A stretch of DNA of 64,000 nt, from positions 1 through 64,000 of the forward strand of contig JBBRNJ010000026.1 in NCBI GenBank assembly GCA_038230375.1, given 5' to 3'. The stretch's first letter is position 1, and every line of letters begins with the position of its first letter. This stretch comes from Polyangiales bacterium (lineage in GTDB: Bacteria > Myxococcota_A > Polyangia > Polyangiales > Polyangiaceae). The position numbers and the translations under genes are program-made. This document shows positions 50,341 to 60,537 of this stretch, piece after piece. The notes under the pieces are model-generated. The model searched no databases. It was not told the DNA's origin and saw nothing but the letters and a program-made list of their open reading frames with translations.

Positions 50341-51485
50341 CCCGCGCCGCTCGCAGTGCCCAGGTGCCGCTGGGCGACCAGCTGCTCGAAGGCGTGCACG
50401 CCCTCGTCCACGGTCGTGTAGGGCCCGGGCTCGAAGCCGAGCGAGCTCACGCCCACCTGCTGTGCCTCACAGATCGCCTTGTCCTGCGCATTGATCGCGT
50501 CCCATAGATCGAAGACGTCTGCGAACGACTCCTCTTTTGCGGCCGGATGAAACAGTACGTCGGCGACGACGCGTGTGCGCGTCGCGGACAGCGGCTCCAG
50601 GCGATAGGTCAGCAAGTAGTCCGGTTGGAGGCTCGTGAGCAGCGTAGGGAAGAGCATCGCGTCGTACACCCGCGCCGCCTCCTCGCGGACGATCCGCGGC
50701 CGCCCTTGCAGCTTTCCGGATCGCGACACGGTCTCTGCCTCTATCTCCATCGTGCCGCCGAGCCACTGCGAGCCTGTTGGGTGATGCGTCATCGCGTTTG
50801 CGGTGGGCGTCAGCTTCTCCAGCTCCGGATGAACGCGCGTGAAGTGGTGCGACTCCTGGAAGTTCGCGACGAGCAATTTCCAGTTCGCACAAGTCTCCCA
50901 GCGCGTGGTCCGACCGCGAACCAGATGCCCGAGCGGAGTCTGCACGAGCCATGGCGGCAGCGTCCCCATCCACGCCGTGAGGGGTTGAGCATCACGGTCG
51001 CGCGTCGCGAAGACGAAGCCTTGCCAGGTACAGGCGCGGAGCGGACGCAGCCCGTGCGCTTCACGCGCGAAGCCCGGCGGCGTGTGCGGCGCCGAAAGGA
51101 GGTGTCCCGACGTGCCGTACGTCCACCCGTGATACTGGCACGTGATCTTCTGGCAGCGCCCGCTCTCGCTCGAAAGGAGCGGGACGCCGCGATGCACGCA
51201 TAGGTTGTAGAATGCACGCAATTCGAGATCGTCGCCACGCATCGCGATCACCGAATCGCAGGCGATCTCGGCGGTGATCCAGGAGCCCGGCGCCATGACG
51301 TCGCTCTCGCGCCCAAGGCACGTCCAGCCCGCGGCCAGGATGGCGCGCCGCTCGAACGCGAGCACGGCGTCGTCGGTGTACGCGGCCGCCGGAAGCGAGC
51401 GCGCTTCGCCCAGCGGCAAGAGCACGCGCGCCACGGCCTCCGGATCCAGCGGTGACTGCTTCGAACGGCAGAGGCCCTGGCTCAC
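50337..51485 (-). CDS. Rieske ring-hydroxylating oxygenase alpha subunit (choline monooxygenase/GbcA-like)
   Basis: CVHRG...CQYHGW Rieske ligands; NWK..NFQESHH...VH and QDKAICE mononuclear Fe ligands. Confidence 0.92.
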   Translation of the reverse strand: MSQGLCRSKQSPLDPEAVARVLLPLGEARSLPAAAYTDDAVLAFERRAILAAGWTCLGRESDVMAPGSWITAEIACDSVIAMRGDDLELRAFYNLCVHRGVPLLSSESGRCQKITCQYHGWTYGTSGHLLSAPHTPPGFAREAHGLRPLRACTWQGFVFATRDRDAQPLTAWMGTLPPWLVQTPLGHLVRGRTTRWETCANWKLLVANFQESHHFTRVHPELEKLTPTANAMTHHPTGSQWLGGTMEIEAETVSRSGKLQGRPRIVREEAARVYDAMLFPTLLTSLQPDYLLTYRLEPLSATRTRVVADVLFHPAAKEESFADVFDLWDAINAQDKAICEAQQVGVSSLGFEPGPYTTVDEGVHAFEQLVAQRHLGTASGAG

Positions 51486-52063
51486 GACAGCGCCTCGACG
51501 ACCCAGCGCACAACGCGCGCGTCGCTCACCATCAGCTTGTGGAGGGGGACGTTGAAGGTCCTGTTCTCCTTTGCGGCCGGGATGATCGAGCTCGTGCTCG
51601 GGAGGATCATGAGATCGAACGGCGTACGCGCCGCGAAGACCTCCACGTCTCCGTAGGGCTCGGTGTCGGCCGCGAGATCGCGGAGGAGCTCACTTCCGCG
51701 TCGCATCTGCCGCGCGCCCGGCGTCCATCCGAGCGCGCCGAACACGGTGCCTTCATGCGGGCCCGAGAGAGAGACGAACCTGCGCACGCTTCGCTTGCCG
51801 CCGCCGCGCTGGATGAAGAAGCGGCTCACGAGCGCGCCCATGCTGAAGCCGAGGAGGTCGACGCGTTCGTTGCCGGAGGCCTCCTGCGCGCGCGCGACTG
51901 CGGCGGCAACGTCCTCGGCCATGGAAGCGATCGACCTCGAACCGTCTGGCGGCACGAGGTCGATGGGGTCCACGGATTTTCCGGCGGCGATGAGCGCTGC
52001 GCCTAGCTTTTCGAAGATCTTCCCGTTGTCCCAGATGCCGTGCACCAGAACGACGGGAGTCAT
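51482..52063 (-). CDS. Minimal alpha/beta hydrolase (lipase/esterase)
   Basis: PVVLVHG, GFSMG nucleophile elbow, D.MI.P, catalytic His in VPLH. Confidence 0.9.
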   Translation of the reverse strand: MTPVVLVHGIWDNGKIFEKLGAALIAAGKSVDPIDLVPPDGSRSIASMAEDVAAAVARAQEASGNERVDLLGFSMGALVSRFFIQRGGGKRSVRRFVSLSGPHEGTVFGALGWTPGARQMRRGSELLRDLAADTEPYGDVEVFAARTPFDLMILPSTSSIIPAAKENRTFNVPLHKLMVSDARVVRWVVEALS

Positions 52064-52067
52064 GGAA

Positions 52068-53360
52068 TTACTTGCCGCGCTTGTCGACCGGGACGTACTG
52101 GCGCTCCGTGGCGCCCGTGTAGATCTGACGGGGACGGCCGATCTTCGTTGTGGGGTCCTCCATCATCTCCTTCCAGTGGGCGATCCAGCCGGGGAGCCGA
52201 CCAATGGCGAAGAGCACGGTGAACATCGTGGTGGGGAAGCCCAGCGCGCGATAGATGATGCCCGAGTAGAAGTCGACGTTCGGGTAGAGCTTGCGCTCCA
52301 CGAAGTAGCTGTCCTTCAGCGCCGCGTCCTCGAGCTGCTTCGCGATGTCCAGCAGCGGGTCGTTGATGCCCAGCTTGCCGAGCACCTTGTCCGCAGCGGC
52401 CTTGATGATCTTGGCGCGCGGGTCGAAGTTCTTGTAGACGCGGTGGCCAAAGCCCATGAGGCGGAAGCTGCCGTTCTTGTCCTTCGCGGCCTCCACGTAC
52501 TTCTTCACGTTGCCGCCATCCTTGCGGATGATCTCGAGCATCTCGATGACTTCCTGGTTCGCGCCGCCATGCAGCGGGCCCCAGAGCGCGAGGATGCCAG
52601 CAGCGATCGATGCGAACAGGTTCGCGCGCGAGCTACCGACCAGGCGCACCGTGGACGTGGAGCAGTTCTGCTCGTGGTCCGCATGCAAGATGAAGAGGAG
52701 GTTCATCGCCGCCTCGACGTCGGGGTCGACCTCGTACGGCTCCGCGGGGACGCTGAACATCATGTTCAGGAAGTTCGCCGCGTATTTCAGGTGGTTCTGC
52801 GGATAGACGAACGGCTGACCGATCGACTTCTTGTACGCATACGCCGCGATGGTGCGGACCTTGGAGATGAGCCGCGCGATCGTGATATCGAGCTGCTCCG
52901 TGTCGGAGATGTCGTGCTCTTCCGGGTAGTACGTGGAGAGCGAGCACACCATGGCCGAGAGCACCGCCATCGGGTGGGCGGTCGACGGGAAGCCGTCGAA
53001 GAAGTGCTTCATGTCCTCGTGGATGAGCGAGTGACGCGTGAGCAGGTTCGAGAACTTGTGGAGCTTCTGCTCCGACGGGAGCTCTCCATAGATGAGGAGG
53101 TACGCTGTCTAGACGAAGGTGCTCTTCTCCGCCATCTGCTCGATGGGGATGCCGCGATAGCGAAGGATGCCCTTCTCGCCGTCGAGGAACGTGATGGCGC
53201 TCTTCGTGGACGCGGTGTTCATGAACGCCGGATCCAGCGTCACGAGCCCCGTCTTCGCGCGAAGGTTCGCGACGTCGATCCCCTTCTCGTTCTCGGTCCC
53301 GACAATGAGCGGCGCTTCGAACTTTGTGCCGCTGTAGTTGATCTCGACTTTATCGGTCAC
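52068..53360 (-). pseudogene. gltA: Type II citrate synthase interrupted by one in-frame TAG at 53109-53111 (nonsense allele, sequencing error or readthrough)
   Basis: GGAGG RBS and GTG at 53360; ...EKSTFV*TAYLLIYGELP... continues in frame through HADHEQNCSTS, HGGAN, GFGHRVYK, YPNVDFYSG and RPRQIY. Confidence 0.9.
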
Positions 53361-53440
53361 GATGGCCTCCGAATGGGTCCGGCGATATCTCACGGGGACG
53401 TGTCACGCAGCGCGTCACGATCGTGTGTAGGGCATTTGCG

Positions 53441-54226
53441 TCACGATTTCCAGCGCCGACGCTCGTCTGCCTGAAGGAGGCCAAGACGACGCTGCTCCTG
53501 AACGAGCGCTCCGTATGAGCGGGGGACCCGCGGATCGCGTCCCAGTGCGAAGAGCACCATCAGCGCGGCCTCCGCGTCGTCGGACGCCCGGTGGGCCTGC
53601 TCGAGCTTCACTCCAAGGCGCGCCGCGACGTCCCCAAGGGTGCGCGAGCGCTCGCCGGACTGGATGTCGCGGGCCCAGACCAGCGGATCCAGCCAGTCCA
53701 CCTCGCGACGGAGCCCCGGCGAGTTCTTGATCCCAGCGATGGGCGCGATGTTGGCGCGCGCGAACTCGTTGTGGATGAACGCGCGATCGAACTGAGCGTT
53801 GTAGGCGGCGGGCACGCAGCCCTCGAGCGCGGTCCGGATCTCGTGGGCGATCATCTCGAACCGCGGCGAGTTCGCCACGTCGGCGTCCTTGATGCCATGG
53901 ATCGCGGAGGACTCCTCGGGGATCGGACAACCTGGATGGATCAGCCAGTTGTAGCGGGCGATCACGACGCCCTTCTTGCCGACCGCGATACCGACCTCGA
54001 TCACGCGCGCGCTGGACGCATCCACGCCGGTGGTCTCCACGTCCAGGAGCGCGATCGGGATCTCGTCCCAGATGTCGTCCGCGATGAACTCGTCCGCGAT
54101 GCCACGGATGACCACCTTGAGCAGGTGCGCGATGCCCGGGTAGTGACGGCCCGTCGGAAAACAGCCGCAGCCGTCGCTCGCAACGGCCTTCAAGAGGCGC
54201 CGCTCACAAGCTTGGGGCTCGTCCAC
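53441..54226 (-). CDS. DEDDh 3'-5' exonuclease (DnaQ-like)
   Basis: LDVETTG, AYNAQFD, AHRASDDAE. Confidence 0.9.
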   Translation of the reverse strand: MDEPQACERRLLKAVASDGCGCFPTGRHYPGIAHLLKVVIRGIADEFIADDIWDEIPIALLDVETTGVDASSARVIEVGIAVGKKGVVIARYNWLIHPGCPIPEESSAIHGIKDADVANSPRFEMIAHEIRTALEGCVPAAYNAQFDRAFIHNEFARANIAPIAGIKNSPGLRREVDWLDPLVWARDIQSGERSRTLGDVAARLGVKLEQAHRASDDAEAALMVLFALGRDPRVPRSYGALVQEQRRLGLLQADERRRWKS

Positions 54227-54230
54227 ATGT

Positions 54231-55226
54231 TCATCGCTTGCCGGAGTCTGCGGGCACCATCATGCTCGGGCCAGATGCAGAGGGAGCGGCGGATGAAGGG
54301 GCGACGGGCTTCGGCGCCTCGATCTTCTTGCCGCCCATGCCACCCATCATGGAGAGCTCGAGCGCAAACCAGTCAGACAGGTCTTGCTGCGGATCGTACT
54401 CGCGCCCGTTGATGTAGATGGTGGGCGTGCCCTTCACCTCGAGCGCGTCGGCGGCCTTGCGATCACGCTCGAGCCGGTCCGCCGTGTCCTTGGACTGCAT
54501 GTCCGCATGGAAGCGCGTGATGTCCAGGCCAAGGTCCTTCGCGTAGCTGTCCAGGTCCGCCTGCTCCAGGTTCAACTGGTGCGAGTAGATCTTGTGGTGC
54601 ATCGGCCAGAACTTGCCCTGGCGATGCGCGGCGATGGCGGCGCGCGCGGCGGGCTCCGCGTGCGTGTGGCCCTTGAGCGGCATGAACTTGTAGACGAAGC
54701 GCACATCGTTCGCGCGGTCATCCACGGCCTTGTCCAGGCGCGGCGCCATCAGGCCGCAGTGCGGGCACTCGAAGTCGGCGAACTCCACCATGACGATGGC
54801 AGCGTTCTCCGGTCCGCGCGAGGGCGACTCGTCGATGATGACGTTCTTGATCTTCGCCGCGTCGAAGCGGTTCTTGAACGAGGTCTCGACCTGCTCACGT
54901 GCCTCGCCGTCGCGCACGCTCCGCAGGATGTATTTGGCGGCGGGCACGCACTTGTCGCACGCGCGCTTCTCCTTCACGCACTGAGCGACCGACACCGGCG
55001 TGTCTGCGCACGGCGCCAGGAACTGGCCGACGTAGGCGGACCACTCCTTCTTCTCGCGCGGCGTGAGCATGCTCGTGTCGACGCCGTCGAGCGTGACGTC
55101 TGCGCCAGTGGTGTCGCTCGCGCCGGGGTCCTTTGTCACGTCGCCACCAGAGGACTGGCCGCGACAGGTGGAGCCGTAGAGGGCGAGGGAAGCAGTGAGG
55201 ACGATGCCCGCGATGCGAAGAGCCAT
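54231..55226 (-). CDS. DsbA-like thioredoxin-fold exported protein
   Basis: EFADFECPHC, GTPTIYING; extra APC..C..C..C N-terminal domain. Confidence 0.9.
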   Translation of the reverse strand: MALRIAGIVLTASLALYGSTCRGQSSGGDVTKDPGASDTTGADVTLDGVDTSMLTPREKKEWSAYVGQFLAPCADTPVSVAQCVKEKRACDKCVPAAKYILRSVRDGEAREQVETSFKNRFDAAKIKNVIIDESPSRGPENAAIVMVEFADFECPHCGLMAPRLDKAVDDRANDVRFVYKFMPLKGHTHAEPAARAAIAAHRQGKFWPMHHKIYSHQLNLEQADLDSYAKDLGLDITRFHADMQSKDTADRLERDRKAADALEVKGTPTIYINGREYDPQQDLSDWFALELSMMGGMGGKKIEAPKPVAPSSAAPSASGPSMMVPADSGKR

Positions 55227-55280
55227 GGGAATGCGCGCGAGCTTAGCAAAAACCGCTGGCGGTCGGCGACCAGCAAGTCG

Positions 55281-55778
55281 TCATTCGGACACCATCACCA
55301 GGTTGATGCTCCCGAGCGCGGAAACACCGCCGATCGCGCCCACGCCGCCCTCGAGCGTGAACGTCGGGACGCCCCCCGGGAAAGCCAGGCCTCCCGACCC
55401 GATCGAGAGGCGCGCGGGGCCTTGGGGCAGCGCGAGCGTGCATACCTGCCCGCCCACGATGACCGCAGGCACCGGGTCGTCGCCCTCATGCTCGTCCAGC
55501 GGCTGGAGACGAACAAAGACCCTGCAGCCGAGCACCTCGACCGGGAACTCTTCCTGGTCGTACGTGCAAGACCGCGTGTAGTCGCTGATGGTGAGCGTCT
55601 CCTGCGAGCTGTTCACTGCGGGCGCATCGCCGCTGAGCACTAACGTGGTGGACAGCGAACCGTGAACCAGCGTCTTCGTCCCGCGCGCAATGCACGAGTC
55701 CTCCGGCATGCCCGCGCAGCCGGTCGCAGCCACGATCGCGCAGAGCGCCAGGACGGCAAGGGGGCCGTGAGCGCGCAT
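55281..55778 (-). CDS. Hypothetical lipoprotein
   Basis: TGATG overlap with the upstream gene; lipobox ATGC. Confidence 0.7.
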   Translation of the reverse strand: MRAHGPLAVLALCAIVAATGCAGMPEDSCIARGTKTLVHGSLSTTLVLSGDAPAVNSSQETLTISDYTRSCTYDQEEFPVEVLGCRVFVRLQPLDEHEGDDPVPAVIVGGQVCTLALPQGPARLSIGSGGLAFPGGVPTFTLEGGVGAIGGVSALGSINLVMVSE

Positions 55779-56554
55779 CAGAAGTCCGCGCGGAGGCCGA
55801 CGGCAACGCCGTTGAACCATCCTTCCTCGTAGATGTTCGTTCCACCGGTGAGGCAGCCCCAGGTCGTGGAGTCCTCGAACAGCACGAGCTTGCTCCGCGC
55901 GCACGCGGCGGCCTCGAGGCGGGCGAAGCCGTGGAGGTCGCCGATCATGCCATCCGTCGCAGGTCCGGTGCCGCCGCTGACACGCGCGCTGGACCAGAGC
56001 GAGGACATGCCCCAGTCGAACTTGAGGGCGAGCTTCGCCTTCCCGGAGGGCGTGATTCCCTGCACGCCAACGCCCAGGACGCCGACGTCCAGCTTGTGCA
56101 GCTCGTCGCGCGTGACCTGCACGGTCTCTCCGTTCGCGTTCGCGGCGAGCGAGCTCCCGCCCGCGGTCTGCATGTACGAGACCTCCGCGAGCTCCACCAG
56201 GAACGAGCCGGAGCGACCCGTGAGCCCGAGCCGCCCGCCGTAGAACCAGCTCGCGTTCGGCGGGGCCGCGACGCCCACCGCGCGATGTGCAGTCGTGGAG
56301 CCGTTCACGCCGAAGCGCGGCAGCGACATGTTCATGGTCGCAACGCCGAGCGAGAGCATGCCTTCGTCCTGCCCCTCGTCCAGGGTGAACCAGTGGCGCG
56401 CGGGCGGGCGCTGCGCCGTGATGGGCGTGTCCGCGCGCGCATCGCCCATGACGCCGGTCATCAGAAGAGACAACATGCAGAATGCACCCATGCCCGAGAG
56501 CCCCGAGAGCGATCGCCTGCGTCGCAGGCGTCGTAGCGTCAACGCTGTTCCCAC
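55778..56554 (-). CDS. Putative outer-membrane beta-barrel protein (start uncertain)
   Basis: Signal ending ARA, amphipathic strands, C-terminal GLRADF. Confidence 0.65.
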   Translation of the reverse strand: MGTALTLRRLRRRRSLSGLSGMGAFCMLSLLMTGVMGDARADTPITAQRPPARHWFTLDEGQDEGMLSLGVATMNMSLPRFGVNGSTTAHRAVGVAAPPNASWFYGGRLGLTGRSGSFLVELAEVSYMQTAGGSSLAANANGETVQVTRDELHKLDVGVLGVGVQGITPSGKAKLALKFDWGMSSLWSSARVSGGTGPATDGMIGDLHGFARLEAAACARSKLVLFEDSTTWGCLTGGTNIYEEGWFNGVAVGLRADF

Positions 56555-56683
56555 GTGCTTACGACACGCGAGAGCCCGGGAAACTTCGGCCCCGGTTGCG
56601 AAAGCGCGCGACCTTGGCCCTTCTTAATGCGGCCGTCACGAAACCCGCGATTTTTTCGGGGAGAGTGCTAGCTTCCCGTCGCT

Positions 56684-57487
56684 GTGCGGAGCACTGTTTT
56701 TCGCTTCGAAGATTTCACCGCGCTGGCGCTGGCGCTCAAGGACGCTGACGGCTCCGAGCTTCCCGCGCCCGAGGGGGAGACCGGGCCGGACGGCGAATGG
56801 GTCCTCGCGATCTTCGAGGTCGGCGAGCGCCGCAAGGCCACGGCGGCCGCCTCGCGCATCGCCGTGAAGGAGGGCAAGCGCGTCGTCCTCTTCGAGGAGC
56901 GTGACTGGGAGCGCCTCATGACGTTCGCCTTCGCCAGGAGCGGGCACTTCAAGGCCTCCATCCAGGCGAACGGCCGTCCTGGACTGTCCGGTGCCACCAG
57001 CTCCTCCAACTTCCCGGTGCTCTCCGCGGACGACACTGCGCCTCCGCCCACGTCCTTTCGGGACACACCGCCGGTGTCGAGCCGCATTCCGAATGCGCGC
57101 GTGCTCATCGTGGACGACGACGACACCACACGAGACTTCGTCACGAAGACGCTCGAAGGCCTCGCACTCAACGTGGTCGCCATGTTGACCGCGGACGACG
57201 GCTCGGCAGCGCTCGCAACGCGCACCTTCGATCTGGTCGTGGTGGATTTCGGGCTGCCGCGTGGCGCGGGGCTCTCGCTGGTTCGCGCGCTGCGCAAGGC
57301 GGAGAGCACGGCGCAGACGCCCGTCCTGTTCGTGGCCGAGCCCGGCGGCTCGCGTGACGCGGTGGAGGCCTTCGCAAGCGGCGCGGACGACTTCGTGACC
57401 AAGCCGCTGCGCGCATCGGAGCTCTCCGCACGCATCGTGGGGCTCTTGCGCCGCGCGCGCACCTCGCAACCCCCGGAGAAGCGGTAG
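56684..57487 (+). CDS. Response regulator receiver protein with an unknown N-terminal domain
   Basis: VLIVDDD, LVVVDFGLP, GADDFVTKP. Confidence 0.85.
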   Translation: MRSTVFRFEDFTALALALKDADGSELPAPEGETGPDGEWVLAIFEVGERRKATAAASRIAVKEGKRVVLFEERDWERLMTFAFARSGHFKASIQANGRPGLSGATSSSNFPVLSADDTAPPPTSFRDTPPVSSRIPNARVLIVDDDDTTRDFVTKTLEGLALNVVAMLTADDGSAALATRTFDLVVVDFGLPRGAGLSLVRALRKAESTAQTPVLFVAEPGGSRDAVEAFASGADDFVTKPLRASELSARIVGLLRRARTSQPPEKR

Positions 57488-57498
57488 CGGCGAACGGC

Positions 57499-59094
57499 AT
57501 GAGCCTGCCCCCGGACGACTCCCCAGACTCGCTCGACGAGTCCATCGACGTCGACGCAGAAGAGGCGCCCGAGTCGCTGCGCGGCGCGCGCAAGCTCCTG
57601 GTCGTTGGCGGCGGTCGTGGCGGCGTTGGAAAGAGCATGGTCGCGCAGAACCTGGCCGTGTACTTCGCGCAGCTCGGAAAATCCGTGGTGCTGGTGGACG
57701 CGGATCCGACGGGCGCCAACGTGCATGCGCAGTTCGCGCTGCGCGCCGCCACGCAGGAACCAGAGCTGGACGTGACGGGCTACCAGAGCTTCGAGCGCGC
57801 GCTCGTGCAGACCAGCGTGCCGGGCCTCAAGCTGCTGCCGGCCGCACACGACGCGATCATCGCGCCGCCCGCGTTGCGCGCGGGTCGCAAGGCGCGCTGG
57901 CTCGCGCGGCTGCGCAGCTTGCCTGCGGACTATCTCGTCATCGACGTGGGCCCCGGCATTGGTCCGCTCGCCGTGGATCTGATGCTCGCGGCCGACATGC
58001 CGCTCGCGGTGTGTGTGCCAGAGCCGCCGGCCATAGAGACCACGTTCCGCTTCCTGCGCGCTGCGTATCGCCGGCGCGTGCGGCGCCTCCTGGGCAAGGA
58101 TCGCTTCTACGTCACCATGCTGGACCGCGCCCTTACAGAGATCGGCGAGCTCGCGCGCCCGGTGGAGCTGGTGCGCGCGCTCGCAAAGATGGACACCAAG
58201 GTCGCGGAGCTCGCGTGGACGGAGGCGGCGCGCCTGCGAATGTTCCTGGTGGTCAACCAGACCCGTGTGCGTGCGGACGCGGAGCTCGGCGCGTTCCTGT
58301 GCGCGCTCTCGAAGCGACACTACGGCATCAATCTGGAGGAGCTCGGTCACGTGGAAAACGACGACAGCGTCTGGCTCGCCGTGCGCCGCAAGAAGCCGCT
58401 CCTGGTCGATAGCCCCGCGTCCAAGGCCGCGCGCAACCTGGAGCGCATCGCTCGTCGCGTGGTCGCGCTCACCACGTCCCGTGATCATCGCGGCACCATC
58501 CCGCCGCCGCTCCCGCTCGAGGCGCCCACGCTCTACACGGTGCTCGGCACCACGCGGACCTCCAGCGACGAAGAGGTGCGCCGCGCCTACAAACGCCAGC
58601 GCGAGGTGTACGCGCTGGATGGCCTTGCTGCCGCGTCGATCTTCGACGAGGAGACGCTGAAGCGAGAGCTGTTCCGCCTGGACGAGGCGTACGACACGCT
58701 GCTCGATCCCGTTCGGCGCCGCGCGTATGACCTCTCCACCTTCCCCGACGCCGACGACGATCGCGCGCCCGCCATTCCGCGGCCCGCGCTTGCAGCGGAG
58801 CAGCTCATGCTCCAGAGCGAGCTCATTCGCGAGATCGGTCCGGACACGGAGTTCACCGGCGCGCTGCTCCGCAAGGTCCGCGAGTCGCAGGGCGTGGAGA
58901 TCGCGGAGATCGCCGCGCGCACCAAGATCGCGCGCTCCCACCTCGAGGCGATCGAGGAAGAGACCTACGCCAGTCTCCCCGCGCTCGTGTACGTGCGCGG
59001 CTTCGTCCTGGAGGTCGCAAAGTACCTCCGGCTGGACTCCGCGCAGGTGCAGCGCACGTACCTGCGGCGCATGCGGGAGAAGGCCGACGCGTGA
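57499..59094 (+). CDS. MinD/FlhG-like ATPase fused to a J-like domain and a RodZ-type HTH
   Basis: GGRGGVGKS, VLVDAD, VIDVGPG, VVNQ; LYTVLG..EEVRRAY..EAYDTL.DP.RR.AYD; LRKVRE.QG..TKI..LEAIEE..YVRGF. Confidence 0.85.
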   Translation: MSLPPDDSPDSLDESIDVDAEEAPESLRGARKLLVVGGGRGGVGKSMVAQNLAVYFAQLGKSVVLVDADPTGANVHAQFALRAATQEPELDVTGYQSFERALVQTSVPGLKLLPAAHDAIIAPPALRAGRKARWLARLRSLPADYLVIDVGPGIGPLAVDLMLAADMPLAVCVPEPPAIETTFRFLRAAYRRRVRRLLGKDRFYVTMLDRALTEIGELARPVELVRALAKMDTKVAELAWTEAARLRMFLVVNQTRVRADAELGAFLCALSKRHYGINLEELGHVENDDSVWLAVRRKKPLLVDSPASKAARNLERIARRVVALTTSRDHRGTIPPPLPLEAPTLYTVLGTTRTSSDEEVRRAYKRQREVYALDGLAAASIFDEETLKRELFRLDEAYDTLLDPVRRRAYDLSTFPDADDDRAPAIPRPALAAEQLMLQSELIREIGPDTEFTGALLRKVRESQGVEIAEIAARTKIARSHLEAIEEETYASLPALVYVRGFVLEVAKYLRLDSAQVQRTYLRRMREKADA

Positions 59095-60524
59095 GCCCAG
59101 AAGGAGAGAAGAGCACGGCGGTGGACGTCGCGTTCGGCTGCCTCCTCCTGCTGGCCGCGTTCTGGCTCCGCTTCGTCGTGGCGCAGGCGGTCTCCGCGGA
59201 GCCCGTGTGGGACGGCCACTACTACGACTATGGCGCAAAGCGCATCGCCGCGGGCCTGGGCTACTCCGACGACGTGCAGGTGCTGGGCGTGCCCGTGTGG
59301 CATCCGTGGTGTCACTACCCGGTGGGCTACAGCGCCTATCTGGGTGTATTCTACAAGTTGTTCGGGGCAAAGCTCTCCGTCGCGCGCTTCGTGAACGCGC
59401 TCACCGGCGCCGCGCTTGCGCCCGTCACGTGGATGCTGGCACGTCACGCGCTCTCGACCACACGCGCGCGCGCGTCGGGTGTGCTCGTGGCGCTTCACCC
59501 CGGGCTCGTTCTCTACTCCGCGCTGGTGATGACGGAGCAGCTCGCCGCGCTGACCACGTTGCTCTCGTTCCTGCTCGCGCTCTCCATGAAGAAGCCACTG
59601 CATGGCGTCGTGCTGGGGGCGCTCGCGCTCGGCGTGTCGGCGCTCGTGAGGCCGCAGGCGCTGCTCTGCGCGCCGTTCCTGCTCTTCGTGTTGCATGCGA
59701 AGTGGCCTGGCGTGAAGAAGGTCCTCGCGCACACGGCGGCGATCACGCTTCTGGCGATCCTGCCGGTGCTTCCGTGGACCGCACGCAATTGCCAGGTGAT
59801 GGATGGCTGCGCCCTCGTGAGCACGAACGGCGGCTGGAATCTCGCCATTGGCGCATTCCCGCGCGCCACGGGCCGCTTCGAGACACTGCGCTCGTCGGAT
59901 GGCTGCCGCGAGGTGACGGGCCAGGTCCAGCAGGACCGCTGCTGGTTTCAGTACGGGCTCGGCCAGATCGCCGCGCATCCGATCCACTGGGTCGCGCTGG
60001 TGCCGAAGAAGCTGGGGTACACGTTCGATCACGAGTCATTCGTCGTTGGCTACCTCCACGAGGCACGGCCCGAGGAATGGCCCGACGCGCGCGCAACGAA
60101 GGTCCGCGAGGCCCTCACGTTCGGTCTCCGGCTCCTTGCGTGCGCGGCGGTGCTCGGCTGTATCGCGTTCGGTGGAACGCAGAAGGGCAAGCGCGGGCAA
60201 GTCGCGCTCGGCGTGGGCGCCGCGGTGCTCGCGTACGTCTCGCTGTCAGCGGACGAGCCGCACGCCTGGCCGCTGGTCCTGCTCGCGTCGGCTTTGCCAT
60301 GCGTACCGCTACGTGGAGCTCCCGCGTTCGCACCCGCGTGGAAGCTATGCGCCGCGCTCGTCGGCACCACCGCGCTCACGCATGCGGTCTTCTTCGGCGA
60401 GGACCGCTATCACATGGTCGTGATACCTGTATTCTGCATCTACGTCGCAGGCGCCCTGCGAGCGCCGGGCCACCAAAAGGAAAACGGCGCGACCCTCGAG
60501 AGGGATGCGCCGTCTTCGGCCTGA
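59091..60524 (+). CDS. ArnT/PMT-like (GT-C) membrane glycosyltransferase
   Basis: WDGHYYD..A..IAAG.GY, YPVGY, MTE, LVRP, PWTARN, RYH. Confidence 0.8.
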   Translation: MSPEGEKSTAVDVAFGCLLLLAAFWLRFVVAQAVSAEPVWDGHYYDYGAKRIAAGLGYSDDVQVLGVPVWHPWCHYPVGYSAYLGVFYKLFGAKLSVARFVNALTGAALAPVTWMLARHALSTTRARASGVLVALHPGLVLYSALVMTEQLAALTTLLSFLLALSMKKPLHGVVLGALALGVSALVRPQALLCAPFLLFVLHAKWPGVKKVLAHTAAITLLAILPVLPWTARNCQVMDGCALVSTNGGWNLAIGAFPRATGRFETLRSSDGCREVTGQVQQDRCWFQYGLGQIAAHPIHWVALVPKKLGYTFDHESFVVGYLHEARPEEWPDARATKVREALTFGLRLLACAAVLGCIAFGGTQKGKRGQVALGVGAAVLAYVSLSADEPHAWPLVLLASALPCVPLRGAPAFAPAWKLCAALVGTTALTHAVFFGEDRYHMVVIPVFCIYVAGALRAPGHQKENGATLERDAPSSA

Positions 60525-60537
60525 GGGCAGAAAGGAT

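Noticed and set aside
53109..53111. Genome-wide TAG recoding or pyrrolysine insertion
   Set aside because: Many genes here end at TAG at natural C-termini (e.g. 1753, 7530, 19236, 31281), and no pyl genes or suppressor tRNA are visible
53109..53393. Separate 94-aa gene upstream of a 314-aa citrate synthase
   Set aside because: Both ORFs are in the same frame and are halves of one gltA split by the TAG
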